Shown here piece by piece: positions 11,968 through 25,402 of a DNA stretch of 64,000 nt. The first letter of the stretch is position 1. Each line of letters opens with the position of its first letter. The notes under the pieces were generated by a model. That model was given only the letters and a program-made list of their open reading frames with translations. It was not told where the DNA came from and searched no databases. Origin of the DNA: Haliotis cracherodii. Lineage: Eukaryota. The stretch lies in the NCBI RefSeq assembly GCF_022045235.1, contig NW_027266297.1, positions 6,882,001 through 6,946,000 on the forward strand, in the 5' to 3' direction. A program made the position numbers and the translations under genes.

Positions 11968-12735
11968 AGCCGACACGGTGTGATGAGGGCCCAATGTGGT
12001 ACATGGCCACATATATGTACGTATAGGTAGTATACTCCGACACGGTGTGATGACGACCCAATGTGAAATAGGTAGTATACTCCGACACGTTGTGATGACG
12101 ACCCAATGTGATACATGGCGACATATATGTACGTATAGGTAGTATACTCCGACACGTTGTGATGACGACCCAATGTGATACATGGCCACATATATGTACG
12201 TATAGGTAGTATACTCCGACACGGTGTGATGACGGCCCAATGTGATATATGGCCACATATATGTACGTATAGGTAGTATACTCCGACACGGTGTGATGAC
12301 GGCCCAATGTGATACATGGCCACATATATGTACGTATAGGTAGTATACTCCGACACGGTGTGATGACGGCCAAATGTGATATATGGCCACATATATGTAC
12401 GTATAGGTAGTATACTCCGACACGGTGTGATGACGGCCCAATGTGATATATGGCCACATATATGTACGTATAGGTAGTATACTCCGACACGGTGTGATGA
12501 CGACCCAATGTGATACATGGCCACATATATGTACGTATAGGTAGTATACTCCGACACGGTGTGATGACGCCCCAATGTGATACATGACGACATATATGTA
12601 CGTATAGGTAGTTTACTCCGACACGGTGTGATGACGACCCAATGTGATATAGGTAGTATACTCCGACACGGTGTGATGACGACCCAATGTGAAACATGGC
12701 CACATATATGTACGTATAGGTAGTATACTCCGATA
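11968..12735. repeat. 67-bp minisatellite, about 12 copies including two short units
   Basis: ccgacac at 12149 and 12216. Unit ccgacacggtgtgatgacggcccaatgtgatacatggccacatatatgtacgtataggtagtatact. Confidence 0.95.
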
Positions 12736-12856
12736 TGGAACTCGTGGGAAAGCAAAACACAGGAAACAGTGATACTTCAAGTGTACGAATGTACACATGT
12801 GCCAAACGTGAAGCAGTGAAATGATTGTTCACCACAATGTTATTTCGTGTCACGTG

Positions 12857-13423
12857 CCCCTCATATACCCTTCATGTACCCTTCATGTACCCCCCTCATG
12901 TACCCTTCATGTACCCCTCGTGTACCCTTAATGTGCCTTTAAAGTACCCCTAATGTACCCATCACGTACCCCTCAAGGCCCTCTCATGTACCCCTGACAT
13001 AACCCTAAAGTACCCTTAAAGGCCCCCTCATGTACCCCTCAAAGCCCCCTCATGTACCCCTGACATAACCCTCATGTACCCCTGACATAACCCTCATGTA
13101 CCCCTCAAGACCCCCTCATGTACCCCTGACGTAACCCTCAAGTACCCCTGACATAACCCTCATGTACCCCTCAAGGCCCCCTCATGTACCCCTGATGTAA
13201 CCCTCAAGTACCCCTGACATAACCCTCATGTACCCATCAAGGCCCCCTCATGTACCCCTGACGTAACCCTCACGTACCCCTGACATAACCCTCATGTACC
13301 CCTCAAGGCCCCCTCATGTACCCCTGACGTAACCCTCAAGTACCCCTGACATAACCCTCAAGTACCCCTGACGTACCCCACACGTACCCCTCAAGTCCCC
13401 CTCACGTAACCCTCATGTACCCA
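12857..13423. repeat. 11-12-bp C-rich minisatellite (ccctcatgtac variants)
   Basis: Repeating catgtacccct / gacataaccct / caaggccccct sub-units. Confidence 0.92.
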
Positions 13424-13559
13424 TTTTACAGTGAGGAATTGGAAAACGATATTCTGTTTTACCTTGGGAAACGACAAACTTCTGATATATACTTTTACAC
13501 GAAGTGTTCCGAGTCATACCCGGATGGCCTGTGTTAGAGGAGTTGGTAGCTGATCATTT

Positions 13560-14290
13560 TTCTACACAATCCCCTCCGATGTGTGCACACTTTGAATCAT
13601 CCAAACTTTTCCACAGCTGATATGACGTCATCATAATATGATAATGCTTGTCAGACAGTTCTTCCTTCAAGATAGCCAAGAGGTGGAAATATGACGGTGT
13701 CAAATCTGGTGAATACGGAAGATATTCAGTGAGTTAAAGCCACAATCTTCTATTGCAGCCATGGCGACAACCGAGTTGTGCACAGGTCCATTGTCCCGGT
13801 GGAACGAGACACCTAAAGTAAGTTTTCTATGACGTTTAGGAAGACAAGAAAAGTTTGGTCATTAATGATCTGACCTTTCGGGAGGTAATCCACCAAAATA
13901 CCAAGGCCATCACCATGTCAGATTTTGCCTCCTTCGCCGGAGATGTTAGATCTTTCCACTGCTTTGACTGTTCTGGCTGATAGTGGCGAACCCAGACATA
14001 TCCATGGTTATAAATCGCAACAAACTCTGATTCACAACGATGTAAATTATCACAAGCATTGATGAAGCTGGAGTATATATGATCAGGAGTGGGTTGCCTT
14101 GGACCCCAGCGTGCAGAAACCTATGTCATGCCCAGTTCAATGCTCAGGACGTTCTCAACGCTCGCAAGCGAGATGCCAGATTGGCCTGTTTCACCCACGT
14201 CATACACAAAAAACAACCTATCAAGGTTTTAAGGAGGTTTTAGGGCGTTATTTATTTGTTCCAACTTCTTCCACCCGCCCACTTCTCCTT
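13560..14290 (-). pseudogene. Mariner (DD34D) transposase remnant
   Basis: Minus-strand fragments VSARWGPR (WVPxxL motif), ITMD...SKQWK, FHRDNGPVHNSVVAMAAIEDCGF and LPYSPDLTPSYFHL (YSPDLAPSDF motif) occur in the expected order, with stops and frameshifts. Confidence 0.88.
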
Positions 14291-15184
14291 GTCTGAGCAT
14301 GTAGATGAGAAACACATATACTGATCTGTCAGGCCTAACACAACCACCTGTGGCGAACACTGAAACCTACACAGAGTTGCCGATACATGTAAGAAACTAA
14401 CACAGCACCTGTCGCTCACACCAGGCGCCCGTTATCCTAATACATACATTACATCTGCAACAGTCAATACAGTTATGGTAATGTGGGTCTGTACTTCACA
14501 AAAGATAAGTCAATTTTCTGACCTCAATAAAATAGTATCGCCTGTTTTGATTTTGGAGTGTCAGAAATTACAAATCCATCGCTGCTAATGGAGTAACTTT
14601 TGGAAGGTAGGATATGAATGCAGGACCAAGACCTTGCCTTTTCTTGCCTTCGTATCTGTGTTATTTAAATGTAAGGTTCGCCCAGACATATCGACTTTGT
14701 ATTGAACGACGTTAAACAGGTCGTAACAGCTGTTGCAGAGTTTACATTGAATAGAAAATATCTAAAAACACGAAATATTATTGACCAAGATGGTATGCGT
14801 GATTCAAATGTGTATCATGATCGCCTGTTAGAACGTGAATACGGTGAAATAGGACGTCGTAAAACAATATTCCACTATGTTACAGTTCGTTGTATCATTA
14901 AAGGCTGTGTTGCTGCAGGACCAAGCGATAACCACTCCATCACTCACACTTGCATCATCAACCACACTCCCATCCAACGTTACAAGAGATTACTTACGAG
15001 CAGGTCACTATTACCCATGATTGAAAGAGCACTACAAGAGGCCCAGGCCAAACTTCAACAGCGGCATGGAATGAAAGGTACCCGGATGAATACAAATGAG
15101 AAGACAAATACTCCAATCTCCAAATTAGCCAATCGTAATTAAAAGCGACAAAAATATGACTAGAAAGTCTTGACTTATCTGACC

Positions 15185-15290
15185 ATGTGTTTATGAATCA
15201 CTATCAAATAGCGATATCAGGTGTTCGCGAAAAGGTGAGCGTATCCTGCCCCACTCGTCACAAATACACGCAAAGACATGTATCAATTAG
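15185..15290 (-). mobile_element. PLE 3'-UTR fragment
   Basis: caggtgttcgcgaaaaggtgagcgtatcctgcccca is the reverse complement of the motif that follows the PLE stop codon at 56372-56450. Confidence 0.65.
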
Positions 15291-16284
15291 GTAGTTGCTC
15301 ACTCCATGGACCATTCGTTAGTCAGATTTAATCTCTATAATGTAGTGACATAGCTGTAATATGCCGACTGCGACTTAAAACATGACAAGTGATCGTTCAA
15401 CCTCAGTGGCAGTGAACTCAAGACTTTGACTGTACCCATGTTGACGTGATTTAAACACAAACTACCAGCTTCATTTCATGTAGGCCATGACATAACGACA
15501 ACGCGACATACTGATAAAATTATATCATATTCTAGAACTAGCGGACGCGAACATGCTTCCAGGAACACATATAGATATAAAATACAGTAAATTAGAAAAG
15601 CAACTTACAGTTTATCGATATATCCAGTTTCAACCACGACAACCGCCGCTTGCTTCGAGGCATCCCATCTATACTGATGAAGTGTAAAATTGAATCGCTC
15701 GCTAACTTGAGATTATTCGTTCACAATCGATGGTATACGCATCGCGGAGACAAGCCCTTAATACCTCTCCTTTCGCATTCTGCTGCATCATAGTAAATAA
15801 TTTACCTTTTTGAGCATCGTCAATACCAATTTAATTAACTTTTGGCTGAAAAGTTCACCTATTCGTTGAAATAAAAAAGTAAAAATATTGTTGGACCACT
15901 AAAACTTTTAGGATGATTGGCTAAAATCAAGTAAACGCAGTCAAATATTTATATCCCCTCTCACAGAGTTGAATCGTCACTGATAATGATTTGGTTTTAA
16001 AAATACGTTAATTTTTTTAAAGTCTTTTGGGTGAAACGATACTCTTGATAGAGTGTGATGAGGGATGCAGGCTATCAGGGTCATTCCACTTTTTTCACTT
16101 GTGAAGATAAAAAGCAATTTTATTGTATCTAAACAATATGCAATGGTATCGGAGTCGCTTCATGACTGAAAACGAATTGAAAACTATTTCAGTTATGTCA
16201 CGTCAGTTTAAGAGAGAAATGTCTGAATGAAACCATGACCTTGGGCTAAATAGAGGGAGGAAGCCTAAAGAGCAGCAGGTTGAA

Positions 16285-16345
16285 CTGGACGTGATTACCC
16301 GTGTCGCGAACACCTGGTGTCATCACTGATTTTTAGAGATTCATT
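16285..16345 (+). mobile_element. PLE 3'-UTR fragment
   Basis: tcgcgaacacctggtgtcatcact, the same motif as 50652-50730. Confidence 0.5.
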
Positions 16346-17679
16346 CAATTAATTTTCATCGCTATTTTGCCTTTTTAGCCCAGTGGAATCCGTTTCTGCA
16401 AATAATCGAGACTTGTTATTTTTTGGCGTTGGCGTTTTATATTAGACTACCAAAGAGCTCTGCACGTAGCTCAATATCCAAGGATCATAATCAGGGCAAT
16501 CTGGGATTTGAACCCAGGATGACCGGATCCTGACACAACCAACGGACGTTACGCATTGCCGAGCCTCATAACGCCGGATCACCAATACACTCGAAGGACA
16601 CCATACTCCATCTTTAAAATAAATTAGATTACGGTTCACTTACGGTTAACTTCATATTCGCAACGCTTTTATTAGCCCAAAACAAAAGTCTAAATTCCAC
16701 AAGGAACTCGGAATGGCAGATAATGTCTGTTTTTGCTCGAGAATTTATTCAAATTGGGTTATCGGCTAATAGGGGAATTCGGGCAAATACACACCTCATT
16801 TGCCTCTTCATGCTCAAACATTTTATACACAATGTTCACGAACCCAGTATTCATGGTGGCTTCAAGCAAACAGCCATGTTAACACTGATGCCAATCTATT
16901 CCTAATGTCAAGCCATGCACCGAAAGCCATTTCTTTCATATGTTCATTTTTCATCGAGGCTACACCGAGACCAGGAAGAACCCTCCGTAGTCCCGTTATG
17001 ACCTAGGTCACTGCCTCGATGGGCCTTATGTTATTACTGATGACAACATGAATTAAATAAGAGAGATGATAGATATCTGTTTCATATTGCCTCATCGATC
17101 TTCAATAGATGGACTGTTCTGGATGAGGATGAGGAGGAGACTGATGCTTGTCTGTTCTAGAAATAACACCCTAGCTCCATGCCGGCCGTCACAACAGTGA
17201 ATATGACTAGGTGGTGAGTGGCGCTGTCAGTCGTTAATTACTGTTAGATATTGCATTACCGCAATACATCTTCCAGCGCAGAAGACAACTGATATTGGCC
17301 TCATTACTGATCTGGTTGCGTTACGTCGTGATAAATTGGATGGTGTGACACATTTAAGGAGAACGTAAATGAGATCTTTCGCAGAAATCTGCAATATTCT
17401 GCTTGTTTGTACATTGATTTATCAGATGGAAAACACAGTGGTAGTTTGTAAGGAGGACATGCATGCACAATGACGTCATGAAATAACGCACGTCGTGAGG
17501 ATACGGCCTTCTGGAAAGGGAATGAAGAAAGTGGGTTTTTGAGATAATGGGATTATCGAGATAATGTCTTTGTTAAACACTTCTCAGTTGCAGCACCGCA
17601 GCGTCTGTGGCTTATGAACCAGGCCATGGATACATAGAGATCGGCGAGTAACAAGCTAACCTAACTGATTGTTTGTCAA

Positions 17680-17870
17680 AGATTGTTTGTTTTTGTTGTT
17701 TAACGCCGTACTCAGCAATATTCCAGCTGTACGACCGCGGTCTGTAAACAAACTAGTGATTGACATCATGTACATCTCTCTACACAATGGGGTTACATTG
17801 ACCAAGACAGCGAGCCTGACCACCCGATCCCGTTAGTCGTATCTCACCACAAGCATGGGTTGCTGAAGAC
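17680..17870 (-). mobile_element. SINE family C, degenerate and truncated
   Basis: ttgttgtttaacgccg...cagcgagcctgaccacccgatcccgttagtcg...catgggttgctgaagac. Confidence 0.85.
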
Positions 17871-18184
17871 TGGGGGGGGGGCTCAGCCCGATTTTTTACA
17901 GGCCGTTGTGTTAGAGAGTACTGATCGATTTGGGCGTAAACAACATTCACACTCACTCATTCACTCACTCTCTCAGATAGCAAGGTTTGTTGAACATTTC
18001 ATAGCTGCAGCGTAGCGCGTGGTATATATACTGTTTGTTTAATATTTCACAGCAGCATGACGCGTGGGAGATACAATGTTTGTTACACATTTCCTTGATG
18101 CAGCATGGCATGTAAATATAAACGACAAACCCCTTTCCATATTCATAAGAAATCTCTGCTAAAAGCAAAGGCGGCTATATCATG

Positions 18185-18290
18185 AACATGTGTTTTTCAA
18201 TCACTATCAAATAGTGATGATACCAGGTAATCACTAAAAGGTAAGCGTATCGTGCCCCACCGGTGGCATCCGTCACAAACACATGCAAAG
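18185..18290 (-). mobile_element. PLE 3'-UTR fragment
   Basis: aatcactatcaaatagtgatgataccaggt...aaaaggtaagcgtatcgtgccccaccggtggcatccgtca, homologous to 15185-15290. Confidence 0.65.
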
Positions 18291-18594
18291 GCAAATCAAT
18301 TGTTCATCTGAAAAAAACATGGGGACATATGGTACAAAAGAAAATAGGGAAATGCATTGGACATCATTCGTGTCACAGTTGCGCCGAATATTGAAATGTA
18401 CAATGTTTGTTAAATATTTCATTGTTGCAGAATGGCGTGTGAGACATACATATTTGTTAAATATTTCATTGTAGAACTTGGCGTGTGGGGGCTAAAATGT
18501 TCGTTTGCCTCTCGGTTGTCTGCGTCAGAAGGACAGTGGAAGTGGAATTTCGCACGCTGATCCATAAAGAAAATAAATACATATTTCAATTTAT

Positions 18595-18746
18595 ATACTG
18601 ATAAAAAAATACAAGAAATTTGGGAATCATGAATCTTTGAAAGAATATTTTCTTCTAATAGTGAAGACTGAATATCTTTTAACTGTGTGCGTGATATATA
18701 AATAATTCATGATCCCCTACCTTTTTTTTCAGTGTATTATAATTTC
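18595..18746. mobile_element. Possible degenerate Tc1-type MITE
   Basis: tatactgataaaaaa...aatcatgaat on the left versus attcatgatc...ttttttcagtgta on the right form imperfect inverted ends with TA flanks. Confidence 0.35.
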
Positions 18747-19786
18747 ACAATAACATATTGTATCACACATTACATATTCAAGAACCTACTCAATTATATA
18801 TGAATACGCTGCCAAATGCAATCGGTTGACATCTTTAGCAGCTCTGCAGTACATCAGCGTCCCAGTGTCCGTGACACAATCAGTACTTCATTCACTGACG
18901 CTAAACGCATCAAGTTGGATCAAGCCCAGATAATACATAAGATTAGTGTTTGGCTAATAGTACCAGCTTACGATGGCGAACATGCAAGCTGGCTCCGACT
19001 GTTCCCCACGCGACTGTTCCCACACAGCATACAACCTTTCCCGCTTGTGCGGGATCATTTCCGCAAGTGACACTCACGCCAAATTGAAATTTCCAAAGGG
19101 TTAAATACTAATCTCAGGTGTGTTCTCTGGCTGCAACAGGGTATGATCGAGATGCATGCAAAGTTTAATTGGTATTTTTTTAAATATAATATGGAAATTA
19201 TAGATGATGATATACGTATTTTTATCTTTACTAAACATTTCGACACTTTTAATGTGTTTAGTTTATAATTCAACTTAAATAACAAAATACCTAACCCTTA
19301 ATAAATGGCGATTAAGAAACAAAAACCAGCCGCTTCCACTGCTTCCACTCAACTTGACTGTCCAGCCGTCAGCAAAAAACAAACTGAGTGTTGCCCTAAT
19401 TTGGAGAGAGTTGATTAATCACGTGCCCTTTGGTGGACCCATGCAAATCTTGCTTTAATGTGAGTTAATAGTCATTGTGGAAGTAAGAATCAAATTGATT
19501 TTTCATTTTTCCTTATTTTTGTCAGCATTAATCAATTACTACTACCACTTCAATATTATTATCTACAGGACATCAAGGACAACGTTGCTTTTTATCCTAA
19601 TTACGTCGACTGTTATCGCTGCGGCTTTCACTGATGAGCGTTGATCGACCGGTAATACAGAGCAGTGGACGGCTGGTAGTGGCCGAGTGTTGTCGATATG
19701 TCCAATGTATTATTACGTCATCACGATGTATTCATTGCCACGTGTAGTTGTCAGCATTGACAGAAACAGAGGTTCACTGTTATAGC

Positions 19787-20245
19787 TGTTTGTTTGTTTG
19801 TTTGTTTGTTTGTTGTTTAACGCCGCACTCAGCAGTGTTCCAGCTACATGTAATTAACGGCGGTCTGTAAATAATAGCGTCTGGACTAGACAATCCACTG
19901 ATTGATGTCATGAGCATCGATCTACCAAATTGGGATACGACATGCATCAACCAAGTCAGCGAGCCTGACCACCCGATCCCGTTAGTCGCCCCTTACGACA
20001 AGCATTGTCGCCTCTTACAGCAAGTATACGGGGCGGTCGGGTAGCCTCGTGGTTAAAGCGTTCGCTAGTCACGCCGAAGACCCGGGTTCGATTCCCGACA
20101 TGGGTACACTATGTGAAGCCTATTTCTGGTGTCCCCCGCCGTGATATTGCTGGAATATTGCTAAAAGCGGCGTAAAGCCAAACTCACTCACTCACTACAG
20201 CAAGCATATGGGTTGCCGTCATGCCGAAGGCCTATTCTAACTGGT
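19787..20245 (-). mobile_element. SINE family C interrupted by a SINE A copy
   Basis: C body at 19787-20028 resumes at 20196 (gggttgcc...gaaggcctattcta). Confidence 0.88.
20030..20195 (+). mobile_element. SINE family A nested in SINE C
   Basis: TSD tacagcaagtata (20016-20028) / tacagcaagcata (20196-20208). Confidence 0.93.
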
Positions 20246-21087
20246 AGGCGAATGAGTAAGTGAGTGAGCGAGCGAGTGAGCGTGTGGGCTAGATTTTAGT
20301 GAGTGTGTGATATAATGTGAGAGTTTTACGCCACTTTAAACACTATTGAAATTACATCACGTGAATGGTAACAAAAGGTAATACTTGAAATGACTGAAAT
20401 AAAATTCCTGAATTAAACCGGAAGCATATTCTGAGCGTATATGCGTTACGACTATATTGCTATGTACTAATAACTCGAGGTTTCGAGATTTTGCCCAAAT
20501 CTTACTTGATGCTTGAGACCGAGGACGCGAAAACGTCCCTTACAGTATTCCATAGAAAATAAACCCTCGCGTCATCGTTAACGCTCGCTAAAATCTCAAA
20601 TTAAATGCCTGGAAGATCTGTAATTTCTCCATAAATGTATTCTTAACATGCACAATTCCAATAAATCAATATAATATACAGTTGTTAATGGAAATGTTGA
20701 CATAAAGTCATATATTACCAAGATCTCGGTACGCATGATTGTTATTATTCCGTACCTTCTATCAATGCATAAATGGCAGGTGGCATAGCTTTCGATTTAT
20801 ACAAAGGATCTGTGTAATTTGCACATACCGAGACGCAGGGAATGAATATCAATATTTATTTAATTGCCTTTATTCAAGTTAACAAAGTGAGTTTGTTGAA
20901 ACGTGCTTTTAACAGTATTCCAGTTTCACTCGGCCTGTTACCTTGATGTGGAAGGTATATCTCATCCTCGAACAACGGGTATTCCGAAGTTCGACTTTCA
21001 ATAATCGCTTAGGTTATTCTAATCGTCTTAAACCAGATAAAACTAGAATAATGATGTTGCGTATAGAATGAAATGCTAAATGAATTG

Positions 21088-21221
21088 GCTCGTGGGTTTC
21101 ACCGAAGTGGTAAACGTCTTAGACCTGCGTCACTTCGGGCTTTCCTTCCACATTAAGCTGACACGCCGTGATATAACTGGAATATTGTTAAAAGAGGCAT
21201 TAAACCTCACTCACTCACTCA
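21088..21221 (+). mobile_element. SINE family B, 5'-truncated
   Basis: TSD ctaaatgaattg at 21076-21087 and 21222-21233. Confidence 0.9.
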
Positions 21222-21919
21222 CTAAATGAATTGTTTGCGGAAAGTAATATGAATATATAATGAGATCACAATTCCGCTCCCAATAATGCAGTAATATGAC
21301 GTCACAGTGCCTTATTGTGATTAACGACCAATCAGAATACAACACAAAGTTTAAATCAACCAATCAGGACACAGCTAAACTTACAACTACAGAGAAATTA
21401 CAAGAAGAAATATTTCCCCGATCTTGCCAAGAATGGTAATAATTTGATTTTCAAAACATTCCCAAGTGTATTTAGCCCTGTCTGGATCATATTTCATAAT
21501 GAAAAGCATAAAGTATAGAACTGCACGACGATGCAAACAGATCCCTGATCAGTTTAAATTACTTTTACAAATTTTTGACTCACAGCCAACTTGTTAACGT
21601 TGGAATTTAATGCATACTTGACTGCAAGTAAGTGGTTTTGGCTCCGCGTTAATCCTTTGGAGGCTAATATAGTGTATCACGAGGGATGAGGATAGCGTTG
21701 CGCGCCTGCTGCTGATGATGATGTTTAGGTCCAGGCGTTCCGTGACAGCTCTATCCGGGATATGAAACAGGCCTCCCAAGATACCGGGGAGAAACGGGTG
21801 GTTAAGTCGCGACAACACAGAAACGTTACGTCGAACAATTACATGGATGTTTGCTAATTGTAGGATTGTAATCATCTTTTGGTTTTCTTTATAGTGCTAG
21901 TTCCCCAGCAATGTGAATC

Positions 21920-23085
21920 TCTATCTCGACACGGTCCAGGCATGTCACTCTTCTATCTCGACACAGTGTTCAGCGGTCCAGGCATGTCACTCTTCTATCT
22001 CGACACAGTGTTCAGCGGTCCAGGCATGTCACTCTTCTATCTCGACACAGTGTTCAGCGGTCCAGGCATGTCACTCTTCTATCTCGACACAGTGTTCAGC
22101 GGTCCAGGCATGTCACTCTTCTATCTCGACACATGTTAAGTTGTCCAATCATATCACCGACTTTATCTCCAAATGTATTCAGTGGTCCAATCATATTACC
22201 CCCCTTTATCTCCAAACATATTTAGTGACCCAATCACATCGCCCCCTCTATCTCCGCACATATTCAGTGGTCCAATCATATCACTCCATTTATCTCCGCA
22301 CATATTCAGTGGTCCAATCATATCACTCCATTTATCTCCGCACATATTCAGTGGTCCAGTCATATCATCCCCCTTATCTCCAAATATATTCAGTGGTCCA
22401 AACATATCACTCCATTTTTCTCCAAACATATTCTGTGGTCCAAACATATTACCCCTTCTTTATCCAAACATATTTACTGATCCCATCATATCACCCCATT
22501 TATTTCCAAATATATTCAGTGGTCCAACCATATCACCCCATTTATCTCCAAACATATTCAGTGGTCCAGTCATATCACTCCATTTAACTCAGCACATATT
22601 CTGTGGTCCAAACATATAACCCCCTTTATTTCCAAATATATTCTGTGGTCCAAACATATCACCCCATTTATCTCCAAATATATTCAGTGGTCCAATCATA
22701 TAACCCCATGTATCTCCAAACATATTTAGTGATCCCATCATATCACCCCATTTATCTCCAAATTTATTCAGTGGTCCAATCTTATCACTCCATTTATCTC
22801 CGCACATATTCAGTGGTCCAGTCATATAACCCAATTTTCTCCAAACATATTCAGTGGTCCAAACATATTACCCTCTTATCTCCAAACATATTCAGTGGTC
22901 CAATCATATCGCCCCTTTATCTCCAAATATATTTATCTGTCAAGTCATATTACTCCCTCTATCTCGACACATGTTTAGTGATCCAATGATATCACTCCCT
23001 CTATCTCGACACATGTTACGGTCCGGTCATATCACTCCCTCTATCTCGACACATTTTCAGTTATCCACAGCCATATCTAGTCCAT
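21920..23085. repeat. 42-bp minisatellite with two sub-types, about 27 copies
   Basis: Units ctatctcgacacagtgttcagcggtccaggcatgtcactctt and tatctccgcacatattcagtggtccaatcatatcactccatt. The ORF track shows 14-aa periodicity. Confidence 0.95.
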
Positions 23086-24432
23086 TCATACCACTCTCCC
23101 CAATTCCTTTAAAACACTTTGGGACTGACTTGAGATAATATTTTACATTTTGCACAAGGTAATACGTTTTTGATGTCACCCCTTGCAAAAAGAATTTGAG
23201 AAAATATTTGTCTTGAAGTCGTATTCCAAAGTGACGTCAACGTTTCATGACGTCATCGGGTCATGGCTACATGGAGAAGATAAAGGATTTATTTCAGACA
23301 TGTCATGGCTTGGCCCCTTCAGATACGATATAGCGAATGTCCGCGGTATAACGGGTGTTTGCCAAATAATTCAGAGAGAAGGTTCGATTGTCTACGTATT
23401 AGACTGATTCTTCTCCAACACAGGTGTTAAAGTCCAGCTGACAATATAACATAATCCTAGCGTACTTGTCCAATACCATATCAACAAGTGTTATTGTTGA
23501 AGCAACTACAATTATTCAACATTTCATAAATATTTCATCATTTCACAAAATGTCCAAACCTGATATTCTTAGTGCAATCACATCTTCACAATGAGTATTA
23601 CGGGACTGAATCCGATTAAATTACGGAACTTGACCGAAGACACTGCACTCATTTTGGTCTCACAAAGACCGTATTTAGCTCAAGGATTTTGTTATATTAT
23701 GTATTCGGTGTTTGCCTTGGGGAAAATATGGAAGAGCAGCTGAACCCCAAGAGAATCTGTACGAACGTCCCATGCAAAGAAATGTACAAAACTCGCCACG
23801 ACCATCAAGACAATGCCTTGAGTTATGCTAATATGCCAACTCTCGCGACAATACTTTCTCTTCTCCAGCATGCTTGGTTTTGAGACTTCCTTCCAGATTC
23901 CCGGTGTGGAAGCTTTCTGTAATCTGCAACAAGGCTGAATATTTATGTGTCCCTGGACAGAAGCAGGGCTGCTGCGCTACATGATACAGAGTGGCCGGGC
24001 CGGAGTGCCGCCGATAACAGAAGACGCTGGCATGTTTTTAGTCCCCAGAAGTTGCGTAAACGTTAAGATCAAGCTTGACAAATGATTCCATGTAGTGATA
24101 GGACCGGAGAGGCGAAGATGGCGTCGGAGGAAGTGTTGATGGAGGTTTACTGAAAAGAAGGAGATAATTCTAACCGAGAGGTTTTCCCACTTATTTGAGT
24201 TGTGGGTGTAAAAATTAACGGCAAGACCCATGGGAGTTCGTGAGTGATGACTGCTGACAGTTGGCTCCACAATAAATGCTTGGGCTTCATACTTTGCACA
24301 TGTGGGAATCGAACACGGTCTGTGGTGGGATAAGCGAATGTTTTACCAACTGGGCTACCCAAAAATATCGATCTTCCTCATATTCAGTGGGGTAAGTCAA
24401 TGTTGACCTTCACGGACAGCATTGGGTGCATG

Positions 24433-24596
24433 AGTGAGTGAGTGAGTGAGTTTGGTTTTACACCGTTTCTAGCAATATTCCAGCAATAAAATGGCGGGGG
24501 ACACCGGAAATGAGCTCCACACATTGTAACCATGTGGGAATCGAACCCGGGCCTTCAGCGTGACAACACTTTAACCACTTGGCTACCCCACCGCTT
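24433..24596 (-). mobile_element. SINE family A (older), with further A fragments at about 24282-24361 (-) and 24663-24743 (+)
   Basis: TSD ttgggtgcatg / ttgagtgcatg. Shared body ggggacacc...atgtgggaatcgaacccggg. Confidence 0.87.
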
Positions 24597-25150
24597 TTGA
24601 GTGCATGGATGTAAGTAATGATGCTGCTGTTATTGTCAGCACGCCCTGTATACAATCGAGTGGTAAGCCCATTTCTGGTGTCCCCCACCGTGATATTGCT
24701 GGAGTATTGCTAAAAGCGGCGTCAAACGTTACACGCTCACTCAACGACGCTGGGGCACAATTACATATACCAGACGTGACATTGTGACCACCCGATACCC
24801 ATATAGTCGGGACCCATGCAGTCCCAGAATTTTTGAAGGGGTCATTTTGACCTCTCGTGAATGCACAGACCGCACTCTTAATATCGTCAATGAGGTCATG
24901 TTACGGAGACATCTAAAGATATTCTCGTATTAAATGACATTAAGAGAAAAGATATGTCACTGATCAAATAAACTTTCAAAATCTCCAAACCGTCTCACTG
25001 TCTCATTTGATAAGGGTAGACAATAATTGGTGGAGATATTACAAGTCTGTTATCGTCCATTCTAAGGCTCTGTTCTGTCCATTAATACGTGGAGATATTA
25101 CACGTCTGTTAGCCTCCATTCTGTTAACCATTTGTTCAATCCAGTAGTAA

Positions 25151-25402
25151 AGTGAGTGGGTGAGTGAGTTGGGTTTAACGCCTCTTTTAACAGTATTCCA
25201 GTTATATCACGGCGTGTCAGCTTGATGTGGGAGGAAAGCCCGAAGTGATGCAGGTCTCAGGCGTTTGCCACTTCGGTGAACCCACGAGCAGGGGAATGGT
25301 GCTGAAAACCTAGAAACATAATTGGGGCGAACCGGGATTCGAACCTGCAACTCTGCAAAGCGAATCGCGGCGCCTCAGACGACTGGGCCACCCGTGCCTG
25401 CC
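25151..25402 (-). mobile_element. SINE family B, short-head variant
   Basis: Head GGCACGGGTGGCCCAGTCGTCTGAGGCG...GTTGCAGGTTCGAATCCC lacks the ~31-nt segment present in other B copies. Confidence 0.9.

Noticed and set aside
11879-12853. Three overlapping long minus-strand ORFs
   Set aside because: They result from a 67-bp unit lacking stop triplets on one strand. With this many arrays, one such case is expected by chance.
14702-15142. 146-aa ORF
   Set aside because: Non-ATG start, no recognisable domain and no splice support.
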